51,101 nucleotides of DNA, taken from Planctomycetaceae bacterium (GTDB taxonomy: Bacteria; Planctomycetota; Planctomycetia; Pirellulales; UBA1268). The stretch lies in the NCBI GenBank assembly GCA_947453125.1, contig CANGGC010000001.1, positions 1 to 51,101 of the forward strand, written 5' to 3'. Position 1 is the first letter of the stretch. Every line of letters begins with the position of its first letter. The position numbers and the translations under genes were made by a program. Positions 43,812 through 51,101 of the stretch are shown piece after piece. The notes under the pieces were generated by a model. That model saw only the letters and a program-made list of their open reading frames with translations. It did not search any database and was not told the origin of the DNA.

Positions 43812-45599
43812 TCAACCCCGGCTCACCGGGAGGCGCACCCGGAAGGTGCTCCCGACGCCGGGCGTGCTTTCGACGGCCACCGTGCCGCCGTGGGCCTGGA
43901 CGATGTGCTTGACGATCGACAGACCGAGGCCGGTGCCGCCGAGTTTGCGGCTGCGTCCCTTATCGACGCGGTAGAAACGCTCGAAGAGGCGTGGCAGATG
44001 CTCCGCCCCAATACCGGAGCCCCGGTCGCGGACCAGCAACTCGAGCATCCCGTCCGCGGTGGGCGCTGCCCCGACCACGATTTCGCCCCCCGGCTCGCTG
44101 TATTTCAGGGCATTGTCCACCAGATTGATGAGGGCCTGCTCGAGCAGTGGGGCGTTGACCTCGGCCTCGAGCCCCGGCGGCGATTCGACCCGAATGACGA
44201 TCGATCGTTCGTCGGCACGGGGACCGCACTCGGCGATGACGGCCGAGAACACCTCGGCCACGCCGACCCGCTCCAACGGCAGGTCGCCCATCCCCTCGGC
44301 CTGCTCGATCCGTGACAGGGCGAGGAGATCCTCGATGATCGCCCCCAGCCTGTCCGCCTGACGCGCGATGATCTCGAGGAATCGCCGCCGATCGTCGGGA
44401 TCGTCCACCCGACCCTCGACCAGGGTCTCGACGAAGCCCTTGATCGAGGCGACCGGCGTCTTCAATTCGTGGGACACGTTGGCGACGAAGTCGCGACGGA
44501 CATTCTCGAGGTGGCGGATGTCGGTGATGTCGTTGAGCACGATCACAGCGCCACCCTCTCCTGACATTTCGCGCAGTGGTGTGCCCCGGACGCGGAGCGT
44601 CCGATCACGGGCCGCGCGGAGCACGAGATCATCCTCCAACGTCTCCCGGCAATCGATCGCCTGGAGTGCGAACTGACGGAGATCGGCGTTCTTCACCACC
44701 TCCTGAATGGGCCGACCGAGCACGCTTTGGGCATCGATCCCGAGGAGGTCCGCCGCCGCGCGGTTGATGCTCACAATCCGCTGGCGGGCGTCGACGGCAA
44801 GCACCCCCTCGATCATGCTCCCCAGCACCGCCTCCTGCTGCGTCCCCTGGCGACCGATCGTCAACCCCCGTTCGACCAACTGGCCACGGAGCGTCTCGAT
44901 GGCTCCGGCAAGCTTCGAAACCTCCGCGACATCGGACGCCGGCAGGGGAACCTCGATCGCCCCGGCGGCTACCTGGGAGGCGGCATTCGCCAGATCTTCG
45001 AACGGCCCCGCCATCCGGCGGGCGAGGAGCCACCCGGCCAAAAGCGCGGCGGCCGCCCCCACCAGGGCCCCCGTGACCAACCGTCTCTGGGCGAGAGCAA
45101 GCCCGGCATCGGCTGCCATGGTGTTGCCAGTGACACGGACGATGGCCATCGTCCTCCCCGCCCGCACGATCGGACTGACGACCGACACCGTCCGGCTAGC
45201 GTTCGACGCATCGTAGCGCCCCGATGTCGAGCGCCGTCCGTCGATCGCCTCGGCCAATGCCCCGGCATCGAGCCCCTTCTCGTCGGCGCTCGGGGCCGTA
45301 CCTTGAGCCGCGGCTGCCGCCACGATTCTCTGTCCAACCCTGTCGAAGACTTCGACGAACGCCCCCGGGGCGTTCCCGGTGCCGCGTGTGAACTCCGCGA
45401 TCCACGACCGATCGGCGGCGGGGTCGTCGGGAAGGATGGCCGACAACGTCCCGGCTGTTTCGATCAACTGCTGCACCTGCATCGAGTCGGCCAGACGGGC
45501 CAACTCCACGGAGGCGAGCCATTGGCAGCCGACCGACACGGCGGCCACGAGGAGACACCAAGCGGCGAACCATCGCCAGGCGAGTCGCGAACGCGGCAT
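43812..45599 (-). CDS. sensor histidine kinase (PhoR-like architecture: TM-sensor-TM-HAMP-PAS-HisKA-HATPase)
   Basis: H-box FVANVSHELKTPVASIKGF, N-box NLVDNALKYS, and G-boxes VRDRGSGIG and GGTGLGLSIVKHIV. The PAS-like segment is VLGSMIEGVLAVDARQRIVSINRAA. There are two TM segments (WCLLVAAVSVGCQWL and GALVGAAAALLAGWLL). Confidence 0.92.
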   Translation of the reverse strand: MPRSRLAWRWFAAWCLLVAAVSVGCQWLASVELARLADSMQVQQLIETAGTLSAILPDDPAADRSWIAEFTRGTGNAPGAFVEVFDRVGQRIVAAAAAQGTAPSADEKGLDAGALAEAIDGRRSTSGRYDASNASRTVSVVSPIVRAGRTMAIVRVTGNTMAADAGLALAQRRLVTGALVGAAAALLAGWLLARRMAGPFEDLANAASQVAAGAIEVPLPASDVAEVSKLAGAIETLRGQLVERGLTIGRQGTQQEAVLGSMIEGVLAVDARQRIVSINRAAADLLGIDAQSVLGRPIQEVVKNADLRQFALQAIDCRETLEDDLVLRAARDRTLRVRGTPLREMSGEGGAVIVLNDITDIRHLENVRRDFVANVSHELKTPVASIKGFVETLVEGRVDDPDDRRRFLEIIARQADRLGAIIEDLLALSRIEQAEGMGDLPLERVGVAEVFSAVIAECGPRADERSIVIRVESPPGLEAEVNAPLLEQALINLVDNALKYSEPGGEIVVGAAPTADGMLELLVRDRGSGIGAEHLPRLFERFYRVDKGRSRKLGGTGLGLSIVKHIVQAHGGTVAVESTPGVGSTFRVRLPVSRG

Positions 45600-45624
45600 G
45601 GGGGCGAGTGCCGTGAATCACGCA

Positions 45625-45650
45625 CCGGGACGGAGCGTCCCGGGACGGAG
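45625..45650. repeat. direct repeat CCGGGACGGAG x2 (15-nt period) in the RR-HK intercistronic spacer
   Basis: Copies lie at 45625-45635 and 45640-45650. The first copy and spacer form a GGGACG-GAG-CGTCCC mini-hairpin. The repeat lies 26-51 nt upstream of the kinase start codon on the minus strand. Confidence 0.65.
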
Positions 45651-45766
45651 GGCACCTCCGGAGAATGGCCGACCAAGGGCCCTTCGGCCCGGCGCGTCGT
45701 CGGTACGACCAATGCGCCATCACAAGTGTCGCACAACCGGCACGGCCACGGAAAGGAGGCCATTGA

Positions 45767-46516
45767 TCAGGCGCGGAAACGGTATCCCACGCCCCGCACC
45801 GTCTCGATGTAGGAGGCGTGGTCGCCGAGTTTCTTTCGCAGGCCCGCCACCTGGACGTCGACCGATCGTTCCGTGACCGGGTAATCCTCCCCCTTCACCG
45901 CGTCGACGATCTGCGTACGGGTGAACGCCCAACCGGGCTTCTTCGCGAGGAAGTGGAGGAGAGCAAACTCGGTGTAGGTCAGATCGACCACCTCGCCGGA
46001 CAGATGGACCTCGTGCCGGCCAGGATGAATGACGAGGTCGTGGACCTCGACGGTCGACTCCAGATCCGCATTCCGCTCCGATTCCAGACGCCGCAGGAGG
46101 GCCTTGACCCGCGCGGAGAGGACCCTCGGACTGAAGGGCTTGGTGATGTAGTCGTCGGCGCCACGTTCAAGCCCGGAGACGACATCGCGCTCCTCGCTCT
46201 TGGCGGTGAGCATGACAATCGGGATCTCGCGCGTCCGCGGATCTGCCTTGAGTCGACGACAGACCTCGAGGCCGTCGAGGCCGGGAAGCATCAAGTCGAG
46301 CACGATCAGATCGGGCGGATCGCGGCGGACGGCCTTGAGGGCCTCCTCTCCACTGACGACGCCGAGCACCTCATACCCGTCACGCGCGAGGTTGAAGCGG
46401 ACCAGTTCGAGAAGATCCTCCTCGTCGTCGACGACGAGGATTCGTGAGTGGCTCGCCGCGGTCCCGCTGCGACCTTTGAGTGGATGCTGCTTCACGCCGA
46501 CACCACCGTGATCCAT
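45767..46516 (-). CDS. OmpR/PhoB-family response regulator
   Basis: The receiver domain has RILVVDDEEDLL, DLIVLDLMLPGLDG and IVMLTAK. The winged-helix output domain has LTYTEFALLHFLA and VRGVGYRFRA. ATG 46516 was chosen. Confidence 0.92.
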   Translation of the reverse strand: MDHGGVGVKQHPLKGRSGTAASHSRILVVDDEEDLLELVRFNLARDGYEVLGVVSGEEALKAVRRDPPDLIVLDLMLPGLDGLEVCRRLKADPRTREIPIVMLTAKSEERDVVSGLERGADDYITKPFSPRVLSARVKALLRRLESERNADLESTVEVHDLVIHPGRHEVHLSGEVVDLTYTEFALLHFLAKKPGWAFTRTQIVDAVKGEDYPVTERSVDVQVAGLRKKLGDHASYIETVRGVGYRFRA

Positions 46517-46692
46517 GCCATCACCGGAAAGCCCACAGGTCGACGCCCGGTCGTCCCGGCCACCGACAAAGTCGAATCCCGACGGCATTGCATCACCGCT
46601 CCCTGGAAACGTCGTCGCACAGTCCAACTTTACTGACTTTACGCTCCGATCGTCGTGATCCGGCGTTAGTTTTCCGTGAGTAACCCCGGCCG

Positions 46693-49600
46693 TCAGGAGA
46701 GAAGCAGCTCGACGTCTTCAGGCGTGAGGGTCGAAATCATGTTCTCATCGGCACGGACGATCGACTCGGCAAGATCGCGCTTCCGATCCTGGAGGGCGAG
46801 GATCTTCTCCTCGACAGTGTCCTTGGCGATGAGACGGTAGGCGAACACCGGCCGTGTCTGGCCGATGCGGTGGGCACGGTCGACGGCCTGGGCCTCGACG
46901 GCCGGGTTCCACCAGGGGTCGAGAATGTAGATGTAGTCGGCCGCGGTGAGGTTGAGCCCCTGGCCGCCCGCCTTGAGGCTGACAAGGAACAGCCGGCAGT
47001 CCGGATCCTCCTGGAAGTGGGCAACGCGTGCCTGGCGATCGGTCGTCTTGCCGTCGAGATATTCGTAGGGGACCGATCGGGCATCGAGCTGCCGGCGGAC
47101 GATCGAGAGAAAACTGGTGAACTGGCTGAAGACGAGCACCTTGTGCCCTTCCGCGAGCACCTCCCCGAGCTGCTCGAGGAGCGTCTCGAGCTTGGCGGCC
47201 GGTTCGTCGATTCGGGCGGCATCGACGAGTCCGGGATGGCAGGCGGTCTGTCGCAGCCGAAGGAGCGCCTCGAGCACGGCGATCCGCGATCGGCCGATCC
47301 CCATCTTGCCGATCCGGCCCGACAGCTCTTGCCGGTAGTGCTCCCGGAGCTCGTCGTAGGCCTTTCGCTGCGTCTCCCCGAGCTCGCAGAAGATCGTCTG
47401 CTCGGTCTTCTCCGGGAGGTCGGAGAGCACCTGCGACTTGGTGCGGCGGAGGAGGAAGGGGCGCACCGCCCGGGCCACGACCTCCGCGGCGCTTCCCCCC
47501 CGTCCGCCGGAGAGAAATCGCTTGAGTCGGGCCGCGCTGCCGAGCTGCCCGGGATTGAGAAACTCGAAGATGCTCCACAGCTCGCCGATGTGGTTCTCCA
47601 CCGGCGTACCGGTGAGTGCCAGGCGGTGACGGGCCCGGAGCAGACGACAGGCTTTGGCAGCCTGGCTGCCGGCATTCTTGATCGACTGCGCCTCGTCGAG
47701 GACGACGTAGTCAAACTCGACGTCCCGGTGCCGCATGATGTCGCGCCGGAGTGTCCCGTACGTCGTGAGGACGAGATCGGCATCGGCGAGCGACTCCGAC
47801 CCCTCGGTCCGCTGGTTCCCGGTGTGGTTGACGACGCGGAGGGCGGGGCCGAACTTCGCCGCCTCCTCGATCCAATTGAAGACGAGGCTCTTCGGCACGA
47901 TCACCAGCGAGGGGCGGTGGGCCAGCCCGCCGGCCGTCACGACTTGGCGCCGGCGAACGAACATCGCCAGCACCTGGATCGTCTTGCCGAGCCCCATGTC
48001 GTCGGCCAGGCATCCGCCGAGCCCCATCCGCTCGAGGAACGTCAGCCAACCGAGCCCTTCCCGCTGGTAGTGGCGGAGCGTCCCCTTGAAGCCCTCCGGT
48101 TCGTTCTCGGCCTCCGGCCGCTCACCCCGCGCCAATTCGGCGCGGATCCGGTCGAACGCCTCGTCGACGTGCGACTGCGGCTGGCCGGCGAGGAGGGCGT
48201 CGAGGAGCGCCACCTGGATACGGCCGTACCGCAGCCGCCCGTCGTGCTTCTGTGCCAGCGCCACCATCGGCTCGAACTGGGCCGCGAAGCCATCGGGGAG
48301 GATGCCGAGCGACCCGTCGGGGAGTTCCACGGCCCGGTCGCCGCGTGCGAGGGCCTCGAGCAGCGCCGGCATGTCGGCAATCACGCCGCCGAAATCGACC
48401 GACCCGGAGAGCTCGAACCAATCAATGCCGCTGGTGACGTTCCAAGCCACACTCCCGGCGGGACGATAGCGCCGGCCGGCCACCTCGACGGTCCATCCGG
48501 CCGCGGCGAGTTGCGGGACGGAGGAATCGAGGCGGGCCCTGGCGATCTCCACGTGGTGGGTGACCGTCTCCCCTTCGACCTCGGGCCGCGCCGCGGTGGC
48601 CCCGAATCGGGGAAGCATCGCGAGCGCTTCGCGTTCGGCCGCACGGTCGCGGCGAACGAACACCCGTCGTTCGGCGTCGGCGGCGCCCCCTGCCGGATCG
48701 TCGGCCTCGATCTGCATTCCGCCGTACTCGAACCACACTCTCCCGGCGAGTTGAACGCGGGGAACCGCACGGCGACGACGGCGTGCCACGTTCTCGGGGT
48801 CGGCATCGTCATCAGTCGACGTCACGGCCCGGGAATCGTCGAGGACGAGCTTCGGCCGGGGCGTCCCCGACTCGATCCGCCAGCCGGTCCAGGAGGGGAG
48901 GAGCAGCCGTGGAACGTCGGCCAGTGAGGCCAACCGCTCGATGAGGCCGTCCGACTGCGAGCCAGCCAGTTCGATCGGGCCACGGCGTTCGAACTGGTGG
49001 AGCCATCCGGCCGCCTGGGAGTTGCCGGGGGATTCACCCAGCAACAGCCGAGCGATGCGGTCGGAAAAGACAACCAACCCGGCCCGGAGAATGGCCCGCG
49101 GCTCGCGGATGTCGCGCCGCTCGCTCCCGCGCACAAGCATGCCGCGCAGCGTTGCTTTGCCGGGGCGCGGAAGCGTGGTGGGCCCTTCGCTCTCGGCCAT
49201 CTCGCGGAGCGTCTCCCCGCGAAGGGACGGCGGGTCCTCCGGTTCGAGGACGAGAGCGAACTCCCAAGCCCGGCCACCATCCCAGGCCAACGGCACGACG
49301 AGTTCGGGATTGCGGCGCGGCTCCGGCTGCACGACCAGCCGGCCCTGTTCGCAGAGCATCGCCACGTGCTCGACCGCCGACTGGGCACTGATGGCGATCC
49401 GGGACACGGTCCGTCGCTCGAGCGGCTCTGGCGTGGCGGCTTCCGCCAGTGGGACGGTGCCGATGAGTCGGGCGAGGATCGCCCGCTCTTGGGCATCGAC
49501 CTGATCCCAGTCGGAATCGGCCGACTGCCCGGGGCCGATGATCACCGGTCGCGGGCGCCCCGTCGCATGCCCGGCAACGTCGAGTTGCATCCGGCAGGGG

Positions 49601-50250
49601 ATGATCACCGCGGCCGAGGCATCGGCGGAAGCGGCAAGATCGAGGAGAAAGACGAGCGCCCCGGTGGCCCGCCGTCCGTCGGCAACCGAGATGGCGCGGG
49701 TCCGCACTGCCGGCTCGACGAGGCGCCGTCGATCCTCGAGATCGGTCGCCCAGGCCGGCATCCGCACCGGGGGCTTCCGGGTCACCACCGCCGGTTCGAT
49801 CTCGCGCTCCGTGCCGTCGGCAGGCTCCGCGTCGTCCGATCCGGTCGCGGCATCGCTCTCCTCGGCAACCTCCTCGCTCTCGTCGTCGGCCTCCACGTCA
49901 TCGGCGGGGACGACCTGGAGCGTGATCGGCGTGTTGTCATGGATCCCAGCAAGGAGACCACGACGATCGACTTCGAGGAGGACGGCGGCGAGCACCGGAC
50001 ATGGATGGCCGGTCCGCCCCCGGGTGGAGCTGACCCTAGCTTCGAGCGTCATCCCGCCACGCCGGCTGGCTGACAGTTCGAGCGATACCGAGTGGGGGCC
50101 GGCACCGAGCCCTTCCCCCTCGAGCCCATCAACCGTCCCGCTGACCTGCCCGACGCGCGGGCAGTTGACCTTCACGGCAACCGCCGACCGGGCCACTTCG
50201 AGGTCGGATTTTTCGAACAGGTGGAACAGTCGTTGTTCGAGCGTCGCCAT
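46693..50250 (-). CDS. SNF2-family helicase with long N-terminal region (SWIM-like remnant + SNF2-associated domain)
   Basis: ATG 50250 (MATLEQRLF). SNF2 motifs: LRHYQREGLGWL, LADDMGLGKT (I), VVLDEAQSIKN (II), LTGTPVEN (III), and SLKAGGQGLNLTAADYIYILDPWWNPAVEAQAVDRAHRIGQ (V-VI). An N-terminal region of about 720 aa precedes motif I. Confidence 0.93.
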   Translation of the reverse strand: MATLEQRLFHLFEKSDLEVARSAVAVKVNCPRVGQVSGTVDGLEGEGLGAGPHSVSLELSASRRGGMTLEARVSSTRGRTGHPCPVLAAVLLEVDRRGLLAGIHDNTPITLQVVPADDVEADDESEEVAEESDAATGSDDAEPADGTEREIEPAVVTRKPPVRMPAWATDLEDRRRLVEPAVRTRAISVADGRRATGALVFLLDLAASADASAAVIIPCRMQLDVAGHATGRPRPVIIGPGQSADSDWDQVDAQERAILARLIGTVPLAEAATPEPLERRTVSRIAISAQSAVEHVAMLCEQGRLVVQPEPRRNPELVVPLAWDGGRAWEFALVLEPEDPPSLRGETLREMAESEGPTTLPRPGKATLRGMLVRGSERRDIREPRAILRAGLVVFSDRIARLLLGESPGNSQAAGWLHQFERRGPIELAGSQSDGLIERLASLADVPRLLLPSWTGWRIESGTPRPKLVLDDSRAVTSTDDDADPENVARRRRRAVPRVQLAGRVWFEYGGMQIEADDPAGGAADAERRVFVRRDRAAEREALAMLPRFGATAARPEVEGETVTHHVEIARARLDSSVPQLAAAGWTVEVAGRRYRPAGSVAWNVTSGIDWFELSGSVDFGGVIADMPALLEALARGDRAVELPDGSLGILPDGFAAQFEPMVALAQKHDGRLRYGRIQVALLDALLAGQPQSHVDEAFDRIRAELARGERPEAENEPEGFKGTLRHYQREGLGWLTFLERMGLGGCLADDMGLGKTIQVLAMFVRRRQVVTAGGLAHRPSLVIVPKSLVFNWIEEAAKFGPALRVVNHTGNQRTEGSESLADADLVLTTYGTLRRDIMRHRDVEFDYVVLDEAQSIKNAGSQAAKACRLLRARHRLALTGTPVENHIGELWSIFEFLNPGQLGSAARLKRFLSGGRGGSAAEVVARAVRPFLLRRTKSQVLSDLPEKTEQTIFCELGETQRKAYDELREHYRQELSGRIGKMGIGRSRIAVLEALLRLRQTACHPGLVDAARIDEPAAKLETLLEQLGEVLAEGHKVLVFSQFTSFLSIVRRQLDARSVPYEYLDGKTTDRQARVAHFQEDPDCRLFLVSLKAGGQGLNLTAADYIYILDPWWNPAVEAQAVDRAHRIGQTRPVFAYRLIAKDTVEEKILALQDRKRDLAESIVRADENMISTLTPEDVELLLS

Positions 50251-50437
50251 GCAGCAGGAGTCCACCGGTGTGAATGGGGATGCTGCGCGGAACGTCGCCC
50301 GAAGGGCGGTGGCGCGCAACACGCCTTTGTACCCTGCGGGGGAGGTCCATGGGGAGGGGGAGACTCAAGCGCCCCATTCCGGCCGCCGGCAGAGCCGCCG
50401 GACCATCACCTGCCGGGTGGACAACGGAGGGATTCCC

Positions 50438-51101
50438 TCAAGCCCGCGATCCCAGTTCCTTCACCGCGGCGATCAGTTCGAGGACGTTCTCGACCGGCGT
50501 CTGCGGATGGACGCCGTGGCCGAGGTTGAAAATGTGTCCCGGGCGCCCGGCCGCGGCGGCCAGCACATCCCCCGCCCGGCGGCGGACGGTGGCCCGATCG
50601 GCGAGGAGCACCGCCGGATCGAGATTTCCCTGGATGGCCCGATCATGGCCAATCGCCCGCCAGGCCTCGTCCAGCCCGATCCTCCAATCGACCCCGATCA
50701 CGGTTCCACCGGCCTCGGCGAGGAGCGGGAGGAGGGAGGGATTGCCGGTGGCAAAGTGGACGACCGGAGCCCGCTCGAGCGCCGCCGCCATCGCCGTCCG
50801 GCTGTGGGGCAGGACGTAGCGACGGTAGTCCTCTGGACCGAGGCAGCCGACCCAGCTGTCGAAGAGTTGAACACACTGCGCTCCGGCGTCGAGTTGGGCG
50901 AGAAGATAGCGACTCACCCCCCGTGCGAGACGGTCCATGAGATCGTGCCACGCCTCGGGCTCGCGATACATCAGCGACTTCGTGTGGAGCCACGACTTGC
51001 TCGTTCCCCCCTCGATGCAATACCCGGCCAGGGTGAACGGGGCTCCCGCGAAGCCGATCACCGGCAGCGTCTCGTCGAGGCCGGCGCGCGTCTCCCGCAC
51101 G
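50438..51101 (-). CDS. hemE: uroporphyrinogen decarboxylase (5' end outside window)
   Basis: The ORF is open to the window edge. Motifs: IGFAGAPFTLAGYCIEGG, QLFDSWVG, and C-terminal GHIFNLGHGVHPQTP. Confidence 0.93.
   Translation of the reverse strand, partial: VRETRAGLDETLPVIGFAGAPFTLAGYCIEGGTSKSWLHTKSLMYREPEAWHDLMDRLARGVSRYLLAQLDAGAQCVQLFDSWVGCLGPEDYRRYVLPHSRTAMAAALERAPVVHFATGNPSLLPLLAEAGGTVIGVDWRIGLDEAWRAIGHDRAIQGNLDPAVLLADRATVRRRAGDVLAAAAGRPGHIFNLGHGVHPQTPVENVLELIAAVKELGSRA

Noticed and set aside
43812-46516. Naming the two-component pair phoR/phoB.
   Set aside because: The architecture is PhoR/PhoB-like, but no pst/phoU genes or Pho boxes are visible nearby. Many OmpR-family pairs share these motifs, so I left the gene symbols blank.

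Overview
This is a GC-rich bacterial chromosomal segment (roughly two-thirds G+C by eye). All six frames carry long Arg/Pro/Gly-rich shadow ORFs. The gene content includes a stand-alone RNAP alpha-CTD paralogue, a formylglycine-generating enzyme, CotH, P/A/Q-rich secreted proteins and an exosortase locus. That mix suggests Planctomycetota, but the phylum assignment is inference only. I call 40 CDS and one tRNA-Ser(GCU). Two CDS are cut by the window edges: rpoC at the left and hemE at the right. I also call a few short tandem repeats, one plausible intrinsic terminator and one near-consensus promoter. I saw no rRNA, CRISPR array, transposase, integrase or phage genes. Most of the window is housekeeping: rpoC, PolX, uvrD, fcl, ygfZ, a NUDIX hydrolase, rdgB, scpB, csrA, hemE, a PhoR/PhoB-like two-component pair, and an SNF2 helicase. 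The best candidate for an undescribed system is a compact four-gene minus-strand module at about 9.5-12.1 kb. It encodes an orphan RNAP alpha-CTD-like protein, then a 4-TM protein with a beta-sandwich tail, then a soluble beta-sandwich paralogue joined by an ATGA overlap, then a minimal P-loop NTPase. Two tandem palindromic 11-mers lie upstream of it. Secondary points of interest follow.
- A five-gene exosortase/EpsI/BY-kinase operon led by an atypical A24 prepilin-peptidase homologue.
- A hyperacidic-tail protein immediately downstream of scpB.
- An SNF2 helicase with a degenerate SWIM-like N-terminus.
- A 255-nt intergenic region with repeated A/T mini-hairpins.
All functional calls come from reading motifs in the supplied translations. 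No database search was run.
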